Shown piece by piece: positions 9,448 through 19,963 of a DNA stretch of 64,000 nt. Source of the stretch: Escherichia coli (GTDB lineage Bacteria; Pseudomonadota; Gammaproteobacteria; Enterobacterales; Enterobacteriaceae); the NCBI RefSeq assembly GCF_017348835.2, contig NZ_CP072315.1; one strand, 5' to 3'. Both the position numbers and the translations under genes were made by a program. The notes beneath the pieces were generated by a model. The model saw nothing but the letters and a program-made list of their open reading frames with translations. It was not told where the DNA came from and did not search any database. Position 1 is the first letter of the stretch; each line of letters opens with the position of its first letter.

Positions 9448-10604
9448 TGAACCTGACGCCGGGGGGCAATGCCCCCGTTCCAGCCCAGGAGTTGCGGGTC
9501 CGGATCACCTCGGGCGGCCAGGTGGATGCTTCGGCGTTTCGCCTGTATGCCGACGGGAAGGTGCAGGGTGATGCGGACATGGTGTTTTATGGTCAGCCAC
9601 GTAACGATGATGGTACCGTCAGCCTGGTCAGTGAAGGCCAGTACTCAACCTTTACTGTCGCGCTCAACCGGCTGAAACCTGATGTCCAGAAAATTGCGTT
9701 CACCGTGACCTGTGACGGTGGGCAGACGGTGTCCGGTCTTCGTAATCTTTCCATCGACGTGGAGCAAGGGGCTACCGGCCTGGTTAGCGGCAGTGTCGAA
9801 CTGAGCGGCCGTCAGGAAGCAGCCTTAATTCTGGGTGAATTTTACCGTCGTAATAATGACTGGAAATTCCGCTTCGTTGCGCAGGGGTTCAACGGTGGAC
9901 TTAAACCGCTGGCAGAGCATTTCGGCGTAAATATTGCCGACGAACCGGCTCCCGCAGCCCCGACTCCTCCGGTTGTAACCCCTCCGCCAGTTGAGACAAA
10001 AATCAGCCTGAGCAAGGTATCGCTGACAAAAGAGAAGCCTGCAATCAGCCTGACCAAACGGGATAACTTCGGTGAAATCCGGATCAACCTGAACTGGCAC
10101 CGGGGCAGCGGCAAATCAGGCTTTGCAGGCATGTTCGGCTCCAAAGGAATCGACCTGGATCTGGGGGCCTTTGTTGAGCTTCAGGACGGGTATAAATCGG
10201 TCATTCAGGCGCTCGGTAATGCATTCGGTAATTATCGCGATGAACCGTATGTTCAGCTCAAGGGCGATGACCGGACGGGTGATGTATCAGACGGCGAGTG
10301 GCTGCATATCAATGGACGTGAATGGAAGCATATCCGCGAAGTGCTGATTTACGCCTTTATTTATGAAGGTGTTCCCAGCTGGGACAAGACTGATGGTGTG
10401 GTCACCATTCATGTGCCGGATCAACCGCCCATTGAGACCCGCCTGACCGAAGGTGAAAACCGTCGCACATTGTGCGCCATTGCCAGACTCGTAAACGAAA
10501 ACGGCGCAATTAAAGTCGAGCGAATTAACCAGTACTTCAAAGGCCAGGACGAAATGGACCGGGCATTTGGCTGGGGATTTCGCTGGAGCGCCGGTTCTAA
10601 ATAA
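9447..10604 (+). CDS. terA: Tellurium resistance protein TerA
   Basis: 385-aa ORF; TAATG stop/start overlap with terZ. Confidence 0.85.
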   Translation: MNLTPGGNAPVPAQELRVRITSGGQVDASAFRLYADGKVQGDADMVFYGQPRNDDGTVSLVSEGQYSTFTVALNRLKPDVQKIAFTVTCDGGQTVSGLRNLSIDVEQGATGLVSGSVELSGRQEAALILGEFYRRNNDWKFRFVAQGFNGGLKPLAEHFGVNIADEPAPAAPTPPVVTPPPVETKISLSKVSLTKEKPAISLTKRDNFGEIRINLNWHRGSGKSGFAGMFGSKGIDLDLGAFVELQDGYKSVIQALGNAFGNYRDEPYVQLKGDDRTGDVSDGEWLHINGREWKHIREVLIYAFIYEGVPSWDKTDGVVTIHVPDQPPIETRLTEGENRRTLCAIARLVNENGAIKVERINQYFKGQDEMDRAFGWGFRWSAGSK

Positions 10605-10626
10605 CACAGCAACAAAGGAAACAGGT

Positions 10627-11082
10627 ATGAGCTTTTTCGACAAGGTAAAAGGTGCCATTAACTCTGGCCGGGACGAACTGACCCGCCAGGTTGGTCGTTT
10701 CAAAAACAAAAAATTTATGCACGGCACCGTTGCTGTATGTGCCCGTATTGCCGTATCGAGTGACGGCGTGAGTTCGGAAGAAAAGCAGAAAATGATGGGC
10801 TTTCTTCGCTCTTCAGAAGAGCTGAAGGTCTTCGATACCAATGAGGTGATCGAGTTCTTCAATAAACTGGTTTCAAGCTTCGATTTCGATGTTGAAATCG
10901 GCAAGGGCGAAACCATGAAATACATCCTGGCGCTGAAAGATCAGCCTGAGGCCGCTCAGCTGGCCTTACGTGTTGGTATTGCCGTTGCGAAAAGTGACGG
11001 TAACTTCGATCAGGACGAGAAACTGGCCTCCCGCGAGATCGCTATCGCGTTGGGCTTCGACCCGGCTGAATTTGGCCTCTGA
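10627..11082 (+). CDS. terB: Tellurium resistance protein TerB
   Basis: ATG at 10627 with AAGGAAACAGG ribosome-binding site gives 151 aa (MSFFDKVKG...); the track ORF from 10567 is an upstream extension. Confidence 0.85.
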   Translation: MSFFDKVKGAINSGRDELTRQVGRFKNKKFMHGTVAVCARIAVSSDGVSSEEKQKMMGFLRSSEELKVFDTNEVIEFFNKLVSSFDFDVEIGKGETMKYILALKDQPEAAQLALRVGIAVAKSDGNFDQDEKLASREIAIALGFDPAEFGL

Positions 11083-11104
11083 TCCACATCCCTAAGGGTA
11101 AAAT

Positions 11105-12145
11105 ATGGTTTCCACACACATCGGCTTCCCGACTGAAACGGTCATTGTTTTCATTGCGCTTTCAGTCGGTGCCATCTTTATTGACCTGTTTATGCACCGT
11201 GATGACAAGCCCATTTCCCTGAAGAGTGCGGCGCTCTGGTCCGTATTCTGGGTTGTGGTTGCGATGGCATTTGCCGGTTTCCTCTACATCCACCACGGTG
11301 CTGAGGTTGCCAGCCTGTTTGTAACGGGTTATGCGCTGGAGAAAGTGCTGTCGGTCGACAACCTGTTTGTCATGATGGCCATCTTCTCCTGGTTCGCCGT
11401 TCCTGATCGTTACCGCCACCGTGTTCTCTACTGGGGGATCATTGGTGCCATCGTCTTCAGGGGCATCTTTGTCGCCATCGGTACGAGCCTGCTGAGTCTG
11501 GGGCCGTATGTTGAAGTTGTCTTCGCTATCATCGTCGCCTGGACGGCGGTCATGATGCTTAAAAGCGGTGATGACGATGATGAAATTGAGGATTATTCCC
11601 AGCATCTGGCTTACCGCATGGTTAAACGCTTCTTCCCTATCTGGCCGAAGCTCAGAGGTCATGCTTTCCTGCTTAACCAGAAGGAAGTGGATGCCGAACT
11701 GGCGAAACCAGAAAACAGCGATGTCACCATTGGCCGTGGTAAAAAGGCGGCGCTGTATGCGACCCCTCTGTTCCTGTGTGTGGCCGTGGTTGAACTCTCG
11801 GATGTTATGTTTGCGTTTGACTCGGTACCGGCAATCATTGCCGTCAGTCGTGAACCGCTTATCGTCTATAGTGCCATGATGTTTGCTATCCTGGGCCTGC
11901 GTACTCTGTACTTTGTCCTTGAAGCACTGAAACAGTACCTGGTTCATCTGGAGAAGGCCGTTATCGTGCTGCTGTTCTTCATCGCGGCAAAACTGGGCCT
12001 GAATGCGACCGATCACATTTGGCATCATGGTTACAGCATCGCGGCGACAACCAGCCTGTATGTTGTACTGGGTGTTTTGGCGCTGGGCATTCTCGCAAGC
12101 GTCATATTCCCGGGCAAACCTGAATCTGAGGAAAAGGGGAGCTGA
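11105..12145 (+). CDS. terC: Integral membrane protein TerC
   Basis: 346-aa ORF with multiple hydrophobic helices. Confidence 0.85.
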   Translation: MVSTHIGFPTETVIVFIALSVGAIFIDLFMHRDDKPISLKSAALWSVFWVVVAMAFAGFLYIHHGAEVASLFVTGYALEKVLSVDNLFVMMAIFSWFAVPDRYRHRVLYWGIIGAIVFRGIFVAIGTSLLSLGPYVEVVFAIIVAWTAVMMLKSGDDDDEIEDYSQHLAYRMVKRFFPIWPKLRGHAFLLNQKEVDAELAKPENSDVTIGRGKKAALYATPLFLCVAVVELSDVMFAFDSVPAIIAVSREPLIVYSAMMFAILGLRTLYFVLEALKQYLVHLEKAVIVLLFFIAAKLGLNATDHIWHHGYSIAATTSLYVVLGVLALGILASVIFPGKPESEEKGS

Positions 12146-12193
12146 TCCCCTGAAGTGTTAACCTGAACAATTACTAATCGAAGAGGTTATTTT

Positions 12194-12772
12194 ATGAGTG
12201 TTTCTCTTTCCAAAGGCGGGAACGTCTCCCTGAGTAAAGCAGCTCCGTCAATGAAAAACGTCCTGGTGGGCCTTGGCTGGGATGCGCGTTCAACAGACGG
12301 TCAGGACTTTGACCTGGATGCTTCAGCATTCCTGCTGGCCGCAAATGGCAAAGTGCGCGGCGATTCAGATTTCATCTTCTATAACAACCTGACGTCATCT
12401 GACGGTTCCGTAACCCATACCGGTGATAACCGTACCGGTGAAGGTGATGGTGATGATGAATCGCTGAAAATTAAACTGGACGCCGTCCCGTCTGATGTTG
12501 ACAAGATCATCTTCGTTGTCACTATCCATGATGCTCAGGCTCGTCGCCAGAGCTTTGGTCAGGTATCCGGTGCGTTTATTCGCCTGGTCAATGACGATAA
12601 CCAGACTGAAGTCGCTCGCTACGATCTGACCGAAGATGCGTCCACTGAGACTGCCATGCTGTTCGGCGAGCTGTATCGCCACAATGGTGAGTGGAAATTC
12701 CGCGCAGTGGGCCAGGGTTATGCTGGTGGTCTGGCATCTGTATGTGCTCAGTACGGCATTAACGCGTCCTGA
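12194..12772 (+). CDS. terD: Tellurium resistance protein TerD
   Basis: 192-aa [16 protein letters not shown] motif. Confidence 0.9.
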   Translation: MSVSLSKGGNVSLSKAAPSMKNVLVGLGWDARSTDGQDFDLDASAFLLAANGKVRGDSDFIFYNNLTSSDGSVTHTGDNRTGEGDGDDESLKIKLDAVPSDVDKIIFVVTIHDAQARRQSFGQVSGAFIRLVNDDNQTEVARYDLTEDASTETAMLFGELYRHNGEWKFRAVGQGYAGGLASVCAQYGINAS

Positions 12773-12839
12773 TCGAAAAGTAACTTTTCACCCGGGGCTG
12801 TTAATGCAGCCCTCATTCAACTGTTTGCAGGAGCTAAAA

Positions 12840-13415
12840 ATGGCAGTTTCTCTCGTAAAAGGCGGCAACGTATCTCTGACCAAAGAAGCACCAACCATGA
12901 ATATCGCTATGGTTGGCCTCGGCTGGGATGCCCGTGTAACTGACGGTCAGGCTTTTGACCTGGACGCTTCCGTGTTCGCAGTAGGCGAAGACGGTAAAGT
13001 GCTGTCAGATGCGCATTTCATTTTCTTCAATAACAAAACCAGCCCTGATGGCGCGGTAGAGCACCAGGGCGACAACCGTACCGGTGAAGGCGACGGTGAC
13101 GATGAGCAGGTCAAAATCGATCTGACCAAAGTCTCAGCAGATATCAAAAAACTGGTGTTTGCCGTTACCATCTATGATGCAGAAGCGCGTAAACAAAACT
13201 TCGGCATGGTGAGCAACAGCTTCATGCGCGTTTACAACAACGACAACGGCACGGAAATTGCCCGTTTCGATCTGTCTGAAGATGCCTCAACCGAAACCGC
13301 TATGGTCTTCGGTGAACTGTATCGTCATGGCGCTGAGTGGAAGTTTAAAGCTGTCGGTCAGGGCTTTGCCGGTGGCCTGGCGGCTCTTGCCTCCCAGCAC
13401 GGCGTTAACATCTAA
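12840..13415 (+). CDS. terE: Tellurium resistance protein TerE
   Basis: ATG at 12840 after a GGAG ribosome-binding site gives 191 aa (MAVSLVKGG...), a close paralog of TerD. Confidence 0.85.
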   Translation: MAVSLVKGGNVSLTKEAPTMNIAMVGLGWDARVTDGQAFDLDASVFAVGEDGKVLSDAHFIFFNNKTSPDGAVEHQGDNRTGEGDGDDEQVKIDLTKVSADIKKLVFAVTIYDAEARKQNFGMVSNSFMRVYNNDNGTEIARFDLSEDASTETAMVFGELYRHGAEWKFKAVGQGFAGGLAALASQHGVNI

Positions 13416-13432
13416 AACAACGCTGAATCATA

Positions 13433-13457
13433 CCCCGGCAATGCCGGGGTTTTTTTT
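13433..13457 (+). terminator. Rho-independent terminator after terE
   Basis: Hairpin CCCCGGC-AAT-GCCGGGG followed by eight T residues. Confidence 0.75.
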
Positions 13458-13843
13458 GGTTGCGATCCGCTTTCAGGAGGGAGTAGTAGAAAGGGGACTG
13501 GAAATTTCAGAAAGCAGGTCATGTTAATTCAGACCTGAGCCTTTTAAAGGCAGGAAACGGATTTATCTCTGGTTGCTGGTTAAAGCCGGTATTCCGTGCC
13601 TTTTATCAACAGAATGCCCCTCTGATATATGTTACTTTTGCGGTTTATGAAGGAACGGGATCTGGAACATAAGATACCCGGTCAATCAAAATTCCAGTTC
13701 AACAGGTATAGAAACTTCAGCGTGATGAAATATGGTGTCACACCATATATACGCCTCACCAGAAATCCAGCGTCCTGAACTAAGCCTGGGGAACATATAT
13801 AAGCGCTGCGCTTTAAAAATAATCAAAAATCAGGAGAGTTAAT

Positions 13844-15085
13844 GTGAATCTACAATCCGGACAAAACATACCGCTTCAGCAATCTGCGATCAGGCTGAAT
13901 CTTCAGTACCCTGCCAAATCCGGCTTTAAAGGCGAACCCGATACCTGCCTCTTCCTGCTTAATGCTCAGGGAAAGGTAACCGGCGATTCTGACTTTATCT
14001 TTTATAATAATCTGTCTTCTCCTGAAGGGGCAGTAAAGCTCGTTACCGGTTCTCAGCAGTCCAGCATTGAGATAGCACTGGATCGTGTTCCGGCGAACGT
14101 CAGTAAGATTGCGATCACCGTTGTCATTGATGGTGAAGATACTATCAGTGGGCTCAGTTTATTGAGCATTCAGGCTCCTGGTATCGCTGATTTTCAGGCT
14201 GAGACTCAGGGCCGCAGTGAGAAAGCAATCATCCTGGGTGAAGTATATCGGCACAATGGCGCCTGGAAGCTTCGTGCGCTCGGGCAGGGTTTCAACGGTG
14301 GTCTTGAGCCTCTGGCCATTAGCTTTGGCGTTGATGTCGCACAGCCAGCTCCGCAGCCAGCAAAGCCTGCTCGTATCAGTCTGGAAAAGAAACTTGAAAC
14401 CAGATCTCCGCGCCTCGTAAGCCTCGCTAAAAAAGCCTCGGTCAGTCTCACTAAAAATAAACTGGACACCCTTGAGGCAGCGGTTGCATTTGTACTTGAC
14501 GCATCCGGCTCAATGAGTGGCCAGTTCAGTAAGGGCAACGTTCAGTCTGTGCTGGACCGCATCGCCGTTCTTGCCGCCCAGTTCGACGACGACGGTGAAA
14601 TGGATGTCTGGGGATTTGGAGAGAAGCACAAGAAGTATCCAAACGTCACACTGGACAACCTGGACACATATATTCAGTCCATTCGCGGGTCTGGAAAGCG
14701 TTCAGCCTGGGAGAACCTGCCGGGACTTGGTGGGACAAACAATGAGCCCCCTGTGATGGAAGAAATTGTCGACTACTTTAAGGACTCGAAAATCCCGGTA
14801 TATGTTGTATTTATTACCGATGGCGGGATCAGCAAGACCCGGGCGATTAAAGATGCAATCCGGCGTTCTGCCAACTACCCCATCTTCTGGAAGTTTGTCG
14901 GCCTGGGTGGTTCAAGCTACGGTATCCTCAAAAATCTGGATGACTTTACTGACCGCCGGGTTGATAACACCCACTTCTTTGCCATGGATGATTTCGGTTC
15001 GATCAGCGATGAAAAGTTATATGATAATTTACTGGAAGAATTCAGACCGTGGATCGATGAAACAAAAAGGTTAGGCATCCTGTAA
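13844..15085 (+). CDS. terF: TerF-like protein (TerD domain fused to vWA domain)
   Basis: 413-aa ORF with GTG start after a CAGGAGAG ribosome-binding site; TerD-like N-half and vWA-like C-half (VLDASGSM). Confidence 0.75.
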
Positions 15086-15647
15086 TACGCACAGTTTTCG
15101 CATGGTTAAAGGAGCTCTACAGCAGCTTAATACTGTAGAGCCTTTGTTCACTGGAAATCGTACAGGGAGGAGCATATGGACCGCATCAAGTACCTGAAAT
15201 GGATAGCTGAAGAATCACCAACTGATGATGAAATCGACAACTACGATAGTATCATTAGTCGGGGCGCAGAAAGGGCCGAGAAGGTTCAGTTGTCTTTAAG
15301 ACGTTAATATACGGGAGTTTAAATGTTCGCAGAAATCAAAGATAATTATTCGTTAGGTGGATAAAGAAAGGTTGCCATTACCAGCTTTCGACGAGTCGAA
15401 AATAAAAACCTTATTTATAGTGACAGGGAGTATGAGCTGACGCTTGCCAATGGAACAATAATTAAAAATGTACTTAGAAAAGAAGAGTGGGAACTGTTAG
15501 AAAGCAATTCAATTAAGGTTATATTATAACGAAAATATATTTACAGTTTTGGATAGGTTTCAAACGAGTCCGGACATTTGTACCTGAAGTATCTGACATT
15601 ACAGTTAAGTGACGATTATGCCAGCACGTCTGTTGCTGGCAGCTTAG

Positions 15648-15929
15648 CTATCGGTCTAAAAGCTGATCCATTAATAATTCTTCGTAAAGCCCAGAGGTAT
15701 CGGGCTTTATTACAATATCCGTTATTTCGAAGCGTTCAAGTACAAATTGCAGATATTCCGGAGTAACGTAGTAGGGATCAGGTTCAGCCAGATTAGTATA
15801 GAGTGGGTCTTCTGCTGCATTAATGTCATAATCAATGCACATATGAAACCACTGCAAAGGTGGATCCCAGCCTAACATCACCTGAACAATTCCCTGATTG
15901 CTTTTCACCTCATACCAGTGCTGGCTCAT
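15648..15929 (-). CDS. Hypothetical protein
   Basis: 93-aa ORF, no recognisable motif. Confidence 0.4.
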   Translation of the reverse strand: MSQHWYEVKSNQGIVQVMLGWDPPLQWFHMCIDYDINAAEDPLYTNLAEPDPYYVTPEYLQFVLERFEITDIVIKPDTSGLYEELLMDQLLDR

Positions 15930-15978
15930 ACTTAGTCCTTAAGAAAATTTGTCATCGGAAAATAACACGAAGCCTGCA

Positions 15979-16170
15979 TCATCGAGGCGCATAACCTTCT
16001 TCCCTTAACGCCTGTTGTAATTTATCAACTGCGCTTTTCATTACCCAGGCTTCTTCGTCACTCACAGCACAACCACGTAGATCGCTCCAGCTCAGACGTT
16101 TAACAAATTGAGCAAGGGCCATAGTTTCGTTCTCATCAAGCCGCAAACTCAGTGTCTCAATACCTTCCAC
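15979..16170 (-). CDS. Hypothetical small protein
   Basis: 63-aa ORF. Confidence 0.35.
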   Translation of the reverse strand: MEGIETLSLRLDENETMALAQFVKRLSWSDLRGCAVSDEEAWVMKSAVDKLQQALREEGYAPR

Positions 16171-16261
16171 AATCTAACCTCCCTTATAATGAAAAATGGC
16201 GCTTTACTTCTGACCAGATGCCGAAGCCTTGAATGCAGCCGGAACTGTCGTTGTTTCTACT

Positions 16262-16633
16262 TTACAGAAATGGAATTAAAAAGTGGTGATGCTGGGCACG
16301 TTTCTTTTCCAGCCGGGGTTTAAGCCAGAGCTGAAACTCATTCAACTTCTCAGCAGCCAAAACCGCTTCAACGGGGAAAACTTTATATTTACCCTGTTGC
16401 TGAGGTTCACCCAGCCATCGCCTGATGGCTCCGTCAGTCCATAAACGAGTCTCTTTTAGCCTAGTTACAGTGACCCATTTTCTGGACCATTCATCAAATT
16501 GTCGCTGGCGATCCCGATAACGTTGTTCTTCCTGCTGCCGAAGCCACTCGCGATCAACAGCAAATTTTCGGTATCCAACAAAGAGCCCTTGTACTTTGGC
16601 CATGTCATATTCCGGTTGCTTAGAGTTACTCAT
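16262..16633 (-). CDS. Hypothetical protein (Arg/Gln-rich)
   Basis: 123-aa ORF. Confidence 0.4.
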   Translation of the reverse strand: MSNSKQPEYDMAKVQGLFVGYRKFAVDREWLRQQEEQRYRDRQRQFDEWSRKWVTVTRLKETRLWTDGAIRRWLGEPQQQGKYKVFPVEAVLAAEKLNEFQLWLKPRLEKKRAQHHHFLIPFL

Positions 16634-16936
16634 TCAACCAAAACCTAAACGTCGATACAAACTCTGTTTCATAACCAGGGTTTTATCCTTACCGCGACAG
16701 TAAGTAACAGGGGCTGCATAAACCGGTCATTTAGTCCGTTATGCAAAAATTATTGAGGATCCGGGCTGTTAAACTGTTCTTCCTCTTTCGCTTCCGGTGA
16801 AAAGGGGAGGTGTCACCCTGCGAGCCCGTGTAGTGAAAGGGATTCGTCGTAATACAGGCCAAAGGCTAACATGACCGCAAAGGACGCCCGGGCGACCGGA
16901 TACCTGCCGGGTTGTGCGATGTAAAATCCGGAAGCA

Positions 16937-17368
16937 GTGATAACACAAACAGGCCCCTACAGCGTAAGGATTGTGATGGACGATAAAGAGCAGTTTACGA
17001 ATCTTGTGGCAAAGCATGCCTCCGGACTCACCGAAGAGCAGCTGGCCGGGTACGATGCCTGTTCCCTGGATGGTGAATGCGTCACGCCTTCATACGAGGT
17101 TTTCCGGGGGTATCGTACCCGCCACACACTGGATGAATTTCTGGAGATGGCCATATCGCTGAATGCCATCCACCCGGATGAATATTTAACGGATATGCTG
17201 CTGAAGCCTCATGAGGTGATCGGCGCTCTGGCCGATGAAGGCGACCAGCTGAACAACGCCACCCCGGTTTATTTCTTTCCGGATACCGGCGTCTATGCAG
17301 CGGCCGTTAGTGAAACCCGGGTGCTCGATGCCTGGCTTTGCTGGCCATGCTACCCGGCGAACTGGTAA
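16937..17368 (+). CDS. Hypothetical protein
   Basis: 143-aa ORF. Confidence 0.4.
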   Translation: MITQTGPYSVRIVMDDKEQFTNLVAKHASGLTEEQLAGYDACSLDGECVTPSYEVFRGYRTRHTLDEFLEMAISLNAIHPDEYLTDMLLKPHEVIGALADEGDQLNNATPVYFFPDTGVYAAAVSETRVLDAWLCWPCYPANW

Positions 17369-17439
17369 CGCGGCCGTTGGAATTGCACCGGCCGGATACG
17401 AATTTAACCGATCCCGTGGCGGGAAGGCTATCAGAGTTG

Positions 17440-17685
17440 CATGTCCTCATCCCTCAAGCCCCCTGCCAGGCCCCAACGTGCTGTCAGGCTTCGCCTGATT
17501 CCCGATCTGCGCCGATACTTCAGCCGATAACTTTTTGTTTTCTTTTTATTTTCTTCCCATTTCCTCAAAAATCGCGGGCGGCGTGGACAGGGCACCATTG
17601 CCGCATGTGGGGTCTTAATAAGGGCAGGGTGGTCAGTTTTGCTCGATGCCATGGGTAGGCCCTCCCCTTCATGGGATGAGGACAT
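17440..17685. repeat. Pair of perfect 15-bp inverted repeats flanking a non-coding segment
   Basis: GCATGTCCTCATCCC at 17440-17454 and its reverse complement GGGATGAGGACATGC at 17671-17685. Confidence 0.6.
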
Positions 17686-17840
17686 GCAAGTAAGCTAACT
17701 ATCTGAAATGACGAAGGTTCATTTGGTGAATGTCGCTTCATATTAATGTTGTGTCACTTATGATCGTATGTAGCTGGTTGCAAAGAGGAGCGATGAGACA
17801 ATAAAGTTGTATCGCTAACAAGATTTATGCTGCCACATAG

Positions 17841-17940
17841 TAACAGCCTAAAAGTTGTACGCCCTATTTAACAGCTTTTAGGCTGTTAATTTGATATTAC
17901 AGCTTTTAGGGTGTATGTTTAGGAAACAGCCTGCAAGGTG
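17841..17940 (+). promoter_or_regulatory. Four iterated operator-like motifs upstream of hipB
   Basis: ACAGC(C/T)TNNAAG-like motif at about 17842, 17871, 17899 and 17926, partly palindromic. Confidence 0.45.
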
Positions 17941-17968
17941 TATCAGAGGAAACTACTGAGGCCAGCTT

Positions 17969-18265
17969 ATGATCAATAATGATTACCCGTTAAACACGCT
18001 CAACCAGCTGCGTCCCTTGCTCATTGGTTTTCGCAAGGCGAATGGCCTGACGCAAAAAGACCTGTCCGAAAGGTTAGGCGTCACTCAACAGACATACTCA
18101 CGTCTGGAAGCCAACCCTGCCAGTGCGAGCATTGAACGGCTATTCAAGGTGTTTTCCATCCTGGGCGTAAAAATCAGCTTCTCCTCGGCAACCACCTCTT
18201 CAGAGAGGAAGCAGACGGAAGAAATGCTTAAATCAAACTCACCTGCACGACAGGAGGATTGGTAA
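17969..18265 (+). CDS. hipB: HipB-like HTH (XRE-family) antitoxin
   Basis: 98-aa ORF with HTH segment (LTQKDLSERLGVTQQTYSRLE) directly upstream of the hipA-like gene. Confidence 0.75.
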   Translation: MINNDYPLNTLNQLRPLLIGFRKANGLTQKDLSERLGVTQQTYSRLEANPASASIERLFKVFSILGVKISFSSATTSSERKQTEEMLKSNSPARQEDW

Positions 18266-18269
18266 CGAT

Positions 18270-19595
18270 ATGAGCCGGAAACAGCAACGTCTGGTAATTT
18301 GGATGAACGGCATCAAAGTCGGGTACTGGGAAAAAAGCAAAGGGGTAGACAGCTTAGAATACCTTCCTGAATGGGTTGCTGACGAACAGGGAAGGCCGCT
18401 GTCATTGTCCCTTCCTTTTACTCCCGGGAACCAGGTCTGGCGTGGAAATGTGGTACGTGACTATTTTGATAATTTACTGCCGGACAGCGAAGGCATACGC
18501 AGACGTCTGGCAATGCGTTACAAGGCCGATAGCCTGGAGCCTTTTGATCTGCTGACGGAGCTGGGAAAAGACTGCGTGGGCGCGATACAGCTGCTTCATG
18601 ACGGAGATGAACCCACTGATTTATATTCCGTGAAGTATCACCCGCTTACTGAATCAGAAATTGCGGCAACTTTGCGTAATACCACGGAGACATTGCTACC
18701 GGGCAGGCCAGAAGATAACGACGACTTACGTTTATCTATTGCCGGTGCTCAGGAGAAAACAGCCCTACTGTGGCATGAAGATCGGTGGTGTATGCCGGAG
18801 GGTAATACACCAACGACGCATATATTCAAGCTACCGCTCGGACTTGTGGGGAACATGAAAGCCGACATGAGCTCGTCGGTTGAAAATGAATGGCTCTGCT
18901 CGGTACTTCTCGGCCAGTACGGGCTCCCCGTGGCAAGAACGCAGATTGCTCACTTTGAAGATCAGAAAGCGCTGGTGGTAGAACGTTTTGACCGAAAATG
19001 GTCAGGAGACGGACAATGGATCATTCGTTTACCCCAGGAGGATATGTGTCAGGCCCTGGGCGTTTCGCCATTACGAAAATATCAGGCGGACGGCGGGCCA
19101 GGTATATCGGAAATTATGGAGGTTCTGAGTAATTCAGACCGTGCTGAGCGTGACAAAGCGCAGTTTTTTATGACGCAGATAATTTTCTGGATGATGGCCG
19201 CAACAGATGGCCACGCTAAAAATTTCAGTATTTCTATTGGGCCACAGGGACGTTATCACCTTACACCAAACTATGATGTGTTGTCGGCATGGCCGGTGAT
19301 CGGTCATGGGAACAATCAGATATCCTGGCAGAAGTGCAAACTGGCGATGGCCGTACGTGGCAGTAGCAACTATTACCAGATATATCGAATACAACGACGC
19401 CACTGGATCAGGCATGGTGAGATAACCGGCCTGAGTAAACAGCAGACAGAGGCGATGATAGAGGAAATCATCGCCAGAACCCCGGGTGTCATTGAACGTG
19501 TTAGCGGGCTTCTTCCGGACCAGTTCCCCCAGCAGCTTGCGGAAAGTATTTTTGATGGAATGAGGCAGCAATGCAGGCGCCTGGCTGAGAAATGA
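18270..19595 (+). CDS. hipA: HipA-like Ser/Thr kinase toxin
   Basis: 441-aa ORF, 4 nt after the hipB stop; N-terminal HipA-like coupling region and kinase-like core. Confidence 0.75.
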   Translation: MSRKQQRLVIWMNGIKVGYWEKSKGVDSLEYLPEWVADEQGRPLSLSLPFTPGNQVWRGNVVRDYFDNLLPDSEGIRRRLAMRYKADSLEPFDLLTELGKDCVGAIQLLHDGDEPTDLYSVKYHPLTESEIAATLRNTTETLLPGRPEDNDDLRLSIAGAQEKTALLWHEDRWCMPEGNTPTTHIFKLPLGLVGNMKADMSSSVENEWLCSVLLGQYGLPVARTQIAHFEDQKALVVERFDRKWSGDGQWIIRLPQEDMCQALGVSPLRKYQADGGPGISEIMEVLSNSDRAERDKAQFFMTQIIFWMMAATDGHAKNFSISIGPQGRYHLTPNYDVLSAWPVIGHGNNQISWQKCKLAMAVRGSSNYYQIYRIQRRHWIRHGEITGLSKQQTEAMIEEIIARTPGVIERVSGLLPDQFPQQLAESIFDGMRQQCRRLAEK

Positions 19596-19655
19596 CAGCC
19601 GCAATTTATAGTGTGCATGTTTTCAGAATAGCTGATGTAAGCGTGAGGATTCAGT

Positions 19656-19862
19656 ATGACTGAAGAACAAAAAAGAATAGAGCGGGCTATTGAGTTGGCT
19701 TGTCGTTACGGCGGAACCGATGAAATGCATCATCTGCAATGGGTCGTGGATCAGATGGTAAGAGAACTTGCTGGAGAACGTTATGCACAGATTGTAGCTG
19801 ATGCCACCAGCGGAGAAGATGGGCCTGATACTTACAAATGGAGTGTTGGGATCGCGCCTTAA
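19656..19862 (+). CDS. Hypothetical small protein
   Basis: 68-aa ORF. Confidence 0.35.
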   Translation: MTEEQKRIERAIELACRYGGTDEMHHLQWVVDQMVRELAGERYAQIVADATSGEDGPDTYKWSVGIAP

Positions 19863-19963
19863 CAGCTGTCGGTCTGGGGGTGAAAACGTATTCTTCATTC
19901 AGCGAATTCCCAGGCTTCACATTAAGACTAAAGCGGCGGCCGCAGTAACGTAAGAGAAAATAA

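Noticed and set aside
10567-11082. Longer starts for terB (10567) and terE (12636) in the ORF track
   Set aside because: Internal ATGs at 10627 and 12840 have ribosome-binding sites and give the usual TerB (151 aa) and TerE (191 aa) N-termini; the extensions overlap upstream intergenic regions.
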